Notes under the pieces: generated by a model
Told to the model about the DNA's origin: nothing
Database searches by the model: none
The model's input: only the letters and a program-made list of their open reading frames with translations
Origin: Rhynchobatus australiae
Taxonomy: Eukaryota
Assembly: GCA_034780895.1 (NCBI GenBank)
Contig: JAUZTB010000127.1
Span: 21,349,115-21,413,114 of the forward strand
DNA: 64,000 bases
Direction: 5' to 3'
Shown: piece by piece, positions 54,598-64,000 of the stretch
Position numbering within the stretch: position 1 is the stretch's first letter
How the letters are laid out: every line of letters starts with the position of its first letter
Position numbers and translations under genes: made by a program

Positions 54598-55224
54598 GTA
54601 GCAAACAACACTGAAACCACGTTGCAGCTACTAAGGTTTACTGAGTTAATCAACAATGATATTCAGAAGTACTTTGGTAGGAAAAGCAAAGATGATGATC
54701 CTGATTCTTGCAATATTTATGAGGACAGGTTTTATTCTGGTAAATCAGGTAGAGAGCTATACTATGCAGATCTAATAAAAATTGCACAAGATGGAGATCA
54801 AGAAGAGGAAGAAGCACATGTATCTTTACTATCACCCAAAGAAATAGACACTCAGGCACTGAAGTTAATCTGTGACAGAGAAAGCATTAAAAAATTAGGT
54901 CCTCTGGCAGAACTTTTCGAATATGGTTTATACAAATACATGAAACCAGCAACCTTGAACAGGAGAGACAGCAGGATGCAAAAACTGGATCGAAAATATG
55001 CCAATGTCATCCCAATGCACAGACGAAGGTTTCCTTCATCTTTTTGGAAAGAGCCCTTTTCTCTTGTGCCTGGCTGCATCCTTCATACCAGCACACCTGA
55101 TTTTAGTGATCTTTTGGCCAACTGGACTTCAGAATCAAATGGACAAGAACTCCAAGTTACGAGAGAAATCGCAATTGAAATAAATAGGCAGTCACTGGAA
55201 TCAGAACCTTATCAGGTTGTATAG
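54598..55224 (+). CDS. PERCC1: PERCC1 (proline- and glutamate-rich coiled-coil protein 1), 3' part of coding exon; start codon in gap 53793-54595
   Basis: Open frame from the gap edge: TTLQLLRFTELINNDIQKYFGRK..DPDSCNIY..RELYYADL..LGPLAELFEYGL..RKY..PM..SFWKEP..TPDFSDLLANW. All blocks are collinear with human PERCC1 as I recall it. Confidence 0.92.
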   Translation, partial: VANNTETTLQLLRFTELINNDIQKYFGRKSKDDDPDSCNIYEDRFYSGKSGRELYYADLIKIAQDGDQEEEEAHVSLLSPKEIDTQALKLICDRESIKKLGPLAELFEYGLYKYMKPATLNRRDSRMQKLDRKYANVIPMHRRRFPSSFWKEPFSLVPGCILHTSTPDFSDLLANWTSESNGQELQVTREIAIEINRQSLESEPYQVV

Positions 55225-55549
55225 TGCAAATAGTGTTTTTTCATAAACCTGTTATTAACCATTTGAGTGCTAATGTTTCTGCCATCCTTTAAGATCTTAA
55301 GTATAAAGATAGCTACCAAAGTATTTCCTAAAATTATTGCTTTTGCTAATTTTAAAGTAATTCTAGATCTTATTTGAAGAATTTACCCAATGAATGCTTG
55401 ATGAAAAATGTAAGGAAATGCAAACTATTAGCATCTCAGAAAATTTACTGTAATTATTCCATTGAATTTTCCTGACGTTTATCTTTAATTTATTGGGTTT
55501 TAAATTTCACATTGTGTTTTACACATTCAGATCCTAACCAAAGTATGAG

Positions 55550-55616
55550 AATAAAAGTATTAGTTTTACCTGTTTATATGGAAGTGTAAATATATGGACT
55601 ATTACATTTTAATAAA
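55550..55616 (+). terminator. Candidate PERCC1 polyadenylation signals
   Basis: AATAAA at 55550-55555 and 55611-55616, ~330-390 nt after the stop. Confidence 0.5.
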
Positions 55617-56692
55617 CTATTACTGGAGCATGTTTGATCAAGCTGTTTATGTGCTGATATAATTATTTATATTGAAATTAAAACAAAGTTAAAAATTTCA
55701 ATCCATTTTCTTCAGCATTGCTGAGGTCTGTTGTCATATAGGTTGGAATGATAGAACAATGAGCAGGACAGGCAGCAGTGGAATAAAATGTTGACATGTC
55801 AGCTTTCTCAGAACGAGGATTAATACCAGAAATTGTTTCAGATTTTCAGTGTCTGCAATATTTGGCTTTTAATATATTCCCAATTCTTTTGCATGGTTAA
55901 TGTGCATTTTTACTTAAATATCAGATCAAATCCAGGAGATCCTTTTCCTTTAATCACTTTTTCGTACAATGTCAAGGGTTCTATGAAACACTGCATCTTT
56001 ACAACACTTTAGATCTTCAGTATTCTTTTTACTTAATGAAATATAGTGGAATATTACATTCTATGAAATATTTGAGATTTTAAAACATTTTTAAGTCCTT
56101 TTCTGGTAAATGCAATGGATGAAAACATGGCAACTTGTCTGATTCAGAGCATTATTTTATTTAAATACAAAGCAAATCAATCTTCAGATGCAAACCAACC
56201 TATGGAAAATGCTTGATTCTTCTCTGGAGCGTCAGCACAGATCACTTTAACAATTACTTCTTGTTTATACCATATTACCTATACATCTTCTGTCCATCTC
56301 AAATACCTTATAAACTCCAATCTAGAAGTGATAAAAGATTTGTTAATGGAAACACCAATGAGTCATTTTTATTTTAAGTTAAACTCTCAACTGTTTAAAT
56401 ATGTTATTTATACAGGTTAATGGTTCATTAGAGGTTGGTAGCAGAAACATACAGTATATGGTGGTTTCAGATTAGTCTGTGACACTAAAGCATCAAGTGG
56501 GTGATTTAAATACACAAGTAATCTATTTTGATGAAATCTACATGGTGTAATTTTAATAACAATATTCTACTAATTAATGTTGCATGCATGCACAAGGAAG
56601 TATGTTTTAAATGTAGTTGCTATTGTAATGTAAGAAATATGGTAACTAATTTGCACTGTAACAAACAGTAATGTGATAATGACCAGCTAATT

Positions 56693-57012
56693 GGGAGGTG
56701 GCAGTGTGGCGCTACTGGTAGAGTTACAGCTCCAGCAACCTGGGTTCAATCCAACCTCTGGTGCTGTCTGTGTGATGTTCTCCCTGTGACTGCATGGGTT
56801 TCCTCTGAGTTCTCTGGCATCCCAGATACACATGGGTTGGTAGGTTAATTGGCCATTGTATATTGCCCCTTGTGTTTAGGTGATTGGTACAATCTGGAAG
56901 GAGTTGGTGGGAATGGCATGAGAAAATAATGGGATTAGTGTGGGATTAATTTTATGGTTGTTGTGGATTTGCTAGTTCAAAGGGCCGGCCTCCATTCTGT
57001 ATGATTCTCTAT
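56693..57012 (+). mobile_element. HE1-like V-SINE
   Basis: tRNA-like A/B boxes (tggcgctactgg...gggttcaatcc), V-core and a CR1-derived tail (ggccggcctccattctgtatgattct). Confidence 0.85.
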
Positions 57013-57309
57013 CTAATCTTTTCTTTAGTAATTTTGAGATGGTGATGATTCCTGGCTGATACACCAGTGACATCTTGCTCACGGCTTTTTGAAATAGTAC
57101 CCTAGAATCTTTAACTGACACCCATGAGGGAAACTGGGCAGCAGTCAAAAACAGTTTGCCAGGGCAGAGTTCCCTCAGTATAGACAGCAAAAAGATGTTT
57201 TATTGGCCATACCCAAGAGCCATATCTGCTCTTGCTTGGTTCCTTGCTTAGTTATTAGCCTGAAATGGGTCTCTTCGGAAAGATATCAAATGGCAGGTAA
57301 CTTTTAGAG

Positions 57310-58345
57310 GAGCAAAGACTGAACACTGGAAGAACTCAGCAGGTCAAGCAGCGTCTGTGGAGGACGAAAGGTNNNNNNNNNNNNNNNNNNNNNNNNNNNN
57401 NNNNNNNNNNNNNNNNNNNNNNNNNNNNNNNNNNNNNNNNNNNNNNNNNNNNNNNNNNNNNNNNNNNNNNNNNNNNNNNNNNNNNNNNNNNNNNNNNNNN
57501 NNNNNNNNNNNNNNNNNNNNNNNNNNNNNNNNNNNNNNNNNNNNNNNNNNNNNNNNNNNNNNNNNNNNNNNNNNNNNNNNNNNNNNNNNNNNNNNNNNNN
57601 NNNNNNNNNNNNNNNNNNNNNNNNNNNNNNNNNNNNNNNNNNNNNNNNNNNNNNNNNNNNNNNNNNNNNNNNNNNNNNNNNNNNNNNNNNNNNNNNNNNN
57701 NNNNNNNNNNNNNNNNNNNNNNNNNNNNNNNNNNNNNNNNNNNNNNNNNNNNNNNNNNNNNNNNNNNNNNNNNNNNNNNNNNNNNNNNNNNNNNNNNNNN
57801 NNNNNNNNNNNNNNNNNNNNNNNNNNNNNNNNNNNNNNNNNNNNAAGAAAGGTGCAAGTTCATGTTTTAGGTCGAGAACTTCCATTAGGACTGTGAAGGA
57901 AGAGGGAACATTGCCAGTGTATAGCAGTACAAAGGAGGGGTGGGATAGAGGCCGATAGCTGATTGGTGGAACCAGATGGGTAGGGGATGATGGGCAGATA
58001 GTATCAGATAGGGGAGGAGTGAGGTGATTGGTAGAACTAGAAGGGGAGGGAGAGGAAATCATTTGATTCATCATCTTACTGTTGTCATATTTCAAAGCAA
58101 TTGGTGCAATCCAACATTGATAGCAGACAAACCCAAAAAACCGCTAATTCCAGAAATCTGAAATTGTGACTCCTGTCACAACTAGGAAAGAGAGAAAGCA
58201 AGTTGGTTTTAAGTTGCAGACAATGTGGAGGAGCTAACTCGTTTACTCCACTTGTGATGAAGGGTCTCTGATCTGAAATGTGAACTCTGCTTCTCTTTCC
58301 ACAGATGTTGCCTGAGTGCTTCCATCATTTTCTGTTTTTGTATCC
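57310..58345. mobile_element. Penelope-associated short elements flanking a gap
   Basis: ctggaagaactcagcaggtcaagcagcgtctgtgga and related blocks shared with 2165, 14330 and 25700. Confidence 0.6.
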
Positions 58346-61300
58346 GATATTGATAGCAGCCTGACAACAGGCTACAGAACACAATTTTCTGGCTGTGCAA
58401 GGGAAAATGTGCAGTGCTTAGAAAGAATTACTAAGTTGTTGGCCTTATAAGTACTGATAGAATTGACTACATTTGCTCCTGTTCAAAATGTGATGCTACT
58501 CCATTTTTAAGGTTGATCTTACAAAGAGACTCATCTCATTATAAAATCCAAGAATAAAATTAGAAATATGGATTAACAGTATATACTGTGTATAAAATTT
58601 AAGGCACTTTCATGCCCCATATCAGAACCTGGCTGAGTGTTATTTGAATGCCCCGTGAACACTAACCACTCTTCTCTCCTTGTGAACTAGGCAAGTCCTA
58701 AATCAGTAATATCACCAAGAAATATAAGGTGCTTTCAAGGGTAAAGGGAAGAACTATGAGGCTGATCCCAGTGTCAAGGCTCTGAGTTATGAAGACACAC
58801 AGGTGAAGTTTAGAATTATCAGCCTAGAAAAGAATCGGTTGCAAGGTGATCATATCAGGGTACATAAGATTAATGAGGGTATTAAAGTGCTTGCTTTAAA
58901 GCTAATTTAAATAGCAGCAGTAGGATTAAGCAATACACACTCAGAAAAATAAAAACAGAGGACGCTGGAAGTTCTCAGAAGGTCAGCAGAGTTTAGTGCA
59001 GATTAAAGCAGAGCAATGAAAGAATAGATCTGTTTCTCATGCTTTTTCTTATTTTTAGTGATTCACTGAAAATTTACCTCTTTTTCTATTATTTTAACTC
59101 TCCATTGCATATCCTCAGAAGCATAGTATGATCTGCTCAATACCTAATCAAGCGGCACCTGAGAAAATAGTCACCCATAACTGTTTTTAATCCCTTAATG
59201 ATAACATTCCTATTTTGTATGTTTGTAAAATGAATTTTAAAAGTTTAACAAAAGATTGTGTATATACCAATATATTTTCAACATGATTTGTTAAAATAAT
59301 CTTTTTCCTTCTTTCTTTCAAGCTTCCAATTGCAATGAATATTTTCCAATACGTGAACTGTTTCAGGTGATGATTCAAACTTGGGTCAAGACTGTTTTGG
59401 CCAAATTTCAAGGCATAACTGAATTTACCTTATCAAGTATGGATAGAGCATTGGGTACAAAAGAAAAGGACTATTATCAAACTTTACTTTGTTATTAGAT
59501 AAGACTCCATTATACCATATTATAGGGTCATAAAAAACAGTAGCAAAACAATTTCATGCCTGATTACCATTTAGGTTACTAGGAACAAAGAGGTTTACTA
59601 CCTATCATTCATTATTTCAGGCAAGGTGAGATATTCTGTGGTTTCACTTGTACTTTTTGCTAACTGTCACACTTCTACACAAACATCAATGTGTAGTGGA
59701 AAATATGAAGTTGCACTAGCCATGATTTATGCCTCAGGTTGTATTGAAAGTCTGCTAGATGTCTCCACAAAGGCTTTGACTTTGATGGCTATGTCTTAAA
59801 TGTATACTGCTAGAATAGCAACCCTGTGATTACTCCAAAGATATGTTTCACTTGTTGCTGAAGTTAATAAGACCATTTTTTAGTATTCATAGCTCAATTA
59901 TGATGTTTTTTATAAAATTTGCATAAATGCATCAATAGGTACAGGAGTATGAGAAACAAAGGGGGATCGAATCTAAGATTGGTTAAAATGCAGAGCACAG
60001 CACATTGGCCTGGAATTTGTGCTGAGGTTACAGGAGAAGCCATTCACTTTATAATGGAGGAAATATGACAGTAACTTCATGGATGTGAACATTTATAACT
60101 AAACATGGAAAACAGAAGAACTCTTGATTATTTTTTACTCCTCCACAGGGTGCACATTCACCAGATCTTGCTGGCTCTGTCCAGTGGTTCTGAATGGAAC
60201 TGCCTGCATTTAGCCATTCAAATGAAACTAAGCCCTGCACCAAGATGTACATGCAAATCTGTGACTTACTGAATGACGGAAGGTCTGTCAGAATGTTCGA
60301 TCACTGGACTCCACATGAAATGGGAGAAAAGTCTTGACAGAATCACCCAACATTTTGCAGAAGAATTATGTCTCTGATTTCAAGACTTATTAGACCAAAC
60401 ATTGGATCTGAAACTCATTGATTTAAATTGCAAGTCTAGACCTGCATATAGGAGCCAAATTTATCTTTATAAATTATTTTACTTAAGAAATTATAAATAT
60501 TACAGTAGCTGTTTTATTACCTTTATTTCAATTTTACCATTTTCCCAATGTCAGAAACATTTAAATTTTATTCAAATCCACGTTAGGTTTACTATGAATC
60601 TAGGCTCTAGCCAAGCTTTGCTGTTTATCAAAGCCTGTTTGGTCATTCCAGCCGCAGACCCCTGTGCTGGAGACTCCAAGATAGGTTTACAGTTTGGATC
60701 TCACTGCAGGGTGCCAGCAAGATTGGCCCTCAGCTTCCACCCAGATGATTGTGGACATGCAGACTCTGGGTTAGGTCCAACAAGATCCATACCAATAAGA
60801 AATCAGTGAATTGATGAGAACCTGAACTCTTGTTGAGCAAATCCCATAGTTAATAACTCGTGAAAATACTATACTAAATCAAGTTACTTCTAAATTGTTT
60901 CTGTTACTTAATAACCTCTCAAACCCAAGGAAAAAAGCCATGTGTGAATTGTCTTGCTCAGATAAATATTTTAAAATTCCAAGCCTTTTGCAAGGATGAA
61001 ATGTTTGTTTGTAAAACTTCACCCTTCATCTTAATCTCATACCAATGTTCCAATCTTCAGTATGTGTTCATATTTAAAATGTTAAACCTTGGAGTTTGCT
61101 GTCTTTGAAAAACAATCAATCTGATTGGCTGCCTGGCTTGATTGGTTGCTGTTGCTGATTGTCAGAGATCCCATACAGCTGACACCTGATTGTGACTAAT
61201 GTCAGGGAACAAGAAATCCAGGCCAAAAGAATCACTGGGCCTTTGTGGATAACTTTCTCATAAGTACATAACATTGTCACTGACTCCAAAATCTGACTGT

Positions 61301-63348
61301 TCTTGAGTAAATTCAAGCTTTTCAATGTCACTATTTCACTCAGCAAACCATTCTATGTGTTGTTCCTCTATAGTGAGAATATTATTGGTTGTTCCAATGT
61401 CTCAATTTATTTTTGATCTGTGATGTCTTGCTCTCATTTTCCTGCAGAAACAGTGCTCTATATTTACCTTATCTATAAGTACATTTCCATATGGTTGTCA
61501 CCTCCTTTCAAAGCTCACAAGCTCCAGGTTTTCCAATGTTTCCTGAGCTCCAGGTAAGTGAACTTACCCCTGGCAGCTTTGATATGGCCATCTTTTGAGA
61601 AGCTTTCTTTCCCTCCTCCCTCTCCCTCTTCTACCAGTTTGTACTTCTGGCCCTTGCACTCCAAGGGTGTGTTGCACTCCACCTACTAATCCTATTTAAC
61701 CATCCACCTACTAATACTGACAAACAACTGGTTTGTGCAGAGGCCTCCAACTCAAGAGTCCTTCAGCACCTGCCACACCATGCCCTGCAGACTTCAATAA
61801 CTTCTACAAAGCACTTTTAGAATATTATGAGAAGCCAGCAGACATCAATTGGCAACTTATCTGCAATCCCCTTAAACAGCACAAGTGGCGTAGGGGATAT
61901 CCTCCTTAAGAAATATGTATTCAGTTGTGTGAGTTTACAAGTGGGCACTGAAATCCACAGTGACGGTGCTTGAATCAAATCAACATTACATGCTGATTGA
62001 TGTCACTATTTGTCTGTTTTGCAAATTTCAGGTGGGCATTATCTGCGCACACATTATCTCACCACTATGTTGTAACTTATGACATATCAGTTCCTTTATT
62101 GAATCTAATTCAACCCCCACGGTCATATGTTATGGTTTCAAACTTTGTGACCCTGGTACTCTAATATTTGTAATCTTNNNNNNNNNNNNNNNNNNNNNNN
62201 NNNNNNNNNNNNNNNNNNNNNNNNNNNNNNNNNNNNNNNNNNNNNNNNNNNNNNNNNNNNNNNNNNNNNNNNNNNNNNNNNNNNNNNNNNNNNNNNNNNN
62301 NNNNNNNNNNNNNNNNNNNNNNNNNNNNNNNNNNNNNNNNNNNNNNNNNNNNNNNNNNNNNNNNNNNNNNNNNNNNNNNNNNNNNNNNNNNNNNNNNNNN
62401 NNNNNNNNNNNNNNNNNNNNNNNNNNNNNNNNNNNNNNNNNNNNNNNNNNNNNNNNNNNNNNNNNNNNNNNNNNNNNNNNNNNNNNNNNNNNNNNNNNNN
62501 NNNNNNNNNNNNNNNNNNNNNNNNNNNNNNNNNNNNNNNNNNNNNNNNNNNNNNNNNNNNNNNNNNNNNNNNNNNNNNNNNNNNNNNNNNNNNNNNNNNN
62601 NNNNNCTTTCAGGTCCAATCTGTAATTACTGCCAGTAATTTAGAATAATTTTATAATTTCATTCCATTATGTTGACTTATAGGTTTATCAATAGCTTTCT
62701 GATATCTCTACATGGAAAAAGATATTCCCAGGATAACAGCTTGGCCTTTTTGGGATGTTTATGCTTTGTTCTAATAAAACCTAACAAGATACACTAATAT
62801 CCATGACCTCACAAAATGGAGATGGAGATTCTGTTTGATACCGAGAACTTCAAGTCCATGTATTGGGGGTACCCAGAAGTTCACCACAAATGGCAGAAGG
62901 ACCACAAGAAATTATCTCATAAACCATCCACCAGCTCACCCCAGCAGGCACCTCCTGCCCCATCCATGGACGAGTTTACAGTTCACATATTGGCTTCAAT
63001 AGTCACTTCAGAACCCACAAAACCAAAAGCAAGTCATCGTCTATCTCAAGGGACTATCAAAGGAGAAGGTGAAGGTCTTAGGTTTTGCTACCAAGTTCCA
63101 TGCCCCTTTGATATCGAAACTTACTCAAAATAAGCAAATAAAGTCATTGAACTTTGTAACAGCTGCACATTTATAGAAACAGTTAATATTATTTGATATC
63201 ATTTGGTCACCAATTCATGATCAAACACTGCCCATCGCCCTCTTTAAAACTCCCCTGTTGCAAGGAAGAAGAACTGATGGTTCTCATAACAAAGTTTGCC
63301 CCTTCAGACTGCTTCCTTATTTAAAATCATGCAGAGTTAATACGTTCC

Positions 63349-63412
63349 TCATCCTTTGCTTTGGAACTTGGCGAGGCCAAGTTTTTTTAGCTTTTGCTTC
63401 CAAGACATCCAC
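63349..63412 (-). CDS. CCDC154: Probable last coding exon of CCDC154
   Basis: gattttag|G TGG.. gives (R)WMSWKQKLKKLGLAKFQSKG-stop, resembling the human CCDC154 C-terminal RWLRWKASLIKL as I recall it. It is tail-to-tail with PERCC1, as in human. The match is short. Confidence 0.6.
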
Positions 63413-63790
63413 CTAAAATCACACAAGGAAGCATATATTAGTAATATTGTTTCTATATAATATGAAGATTACTGATTTAATTATACAAATACTTTGCAGC
63501 ATATATAAATGTTGTTTAAATTAATTACAGTAACATGTCATTAATTAGTTGAAGTAACAAGAAAATGATACTGCAGGAACAAAAGTTACTCCTTAATTTA
63601 CTGATTGTATCAATTAAAATTAAAGCTATTTAGAAAACAACAATGCACAAAAAATCTATTGCCACCACCTTACCTAGTTTATTTCTGAATAATTGTTTAA
63701 ATATGCTTTAGTCACTTTGCATTTGCATTAAATGAAAACTTTTAGCTCCTTTAAGCTTGTTGGATCCTCTCAGAACACTATGGTACATCA

Positions 63791-63852
63791 CAAGATATTA
63801 AGCAATAACAAGCTTAATATAGATATTAAGCTAGATATTGCTTAATATCTTG
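63791..63852. repeat. 62-bp near-perfect palindrome
   Basis: caagatattaagcaata...tattgcttaatatcttg with inner agcttaatat/atattaagct; 2 mismatches, 2-nt loop. Confidence 0.9.
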
Positions 63853-64000
63853 CTTATCTCGAGGCATAGATTTGACTATGCTCTAGCCAGCATAGACTTG
63901 ACTTTTTGCTGGTAAATAATATGCACATTATACTTTCACCATGATATCATATATTTGGTTGTATTATACATGTTATGTTATACATTAACATTAATAAAAA

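Noticed and set aside
964-62618. Long ORFs in the ORF track composed mostly of X
   Set aside because: Artefacts of N-gaps, which contain no stop codons.
62816-63133. 105-aa ATG-initiated + strand ORF
   Set aside because: No recognisable homology, and it lies antisense to the presumed CCDC154 3'UTR. It cannot be supported without a database search.

Overview
Gapped (many N-runs) vertebrate genomic DNA. The repeat content (HE1-type V-SINEs, CR1/HER1-type LINEs, Penelope and Rex/Babar fragments) points to a cartilaginous fish, possibly a ray or other batoid; this is inference. The main gene is a 13-exon PGAP6/TMEM8A orthologue on the - strand (CDS 38636 to 9168). I reconstructed it by hand with phase-consistent GT-AG junctions, and most of exon 9 lies in a gap. 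Its CpG-island promoter is at ~38230-38930. On the + strand is a PERCC1 orthologue (visible CDS 54598-55224, 5' end in a gap), preceded by a TATA box, a short non-coding exon and a cluster of endoderm/enteroendocrine-type motifs. A probable terminal coding exon of CCDC154 is at 63349-63412 (-). The rest is introns and intergenic DNA rich in decayed non-LTR retroelements. I found no convincing novel protein-coding system. The most interesting signals are regulatory or structural: a candidate ancient PERCC1 control region, inverted G-rich minisatellites bracketing the PGAP6 promoter, a CTCF site between the two genes, a duplicated intronic element and a nested palindrome.
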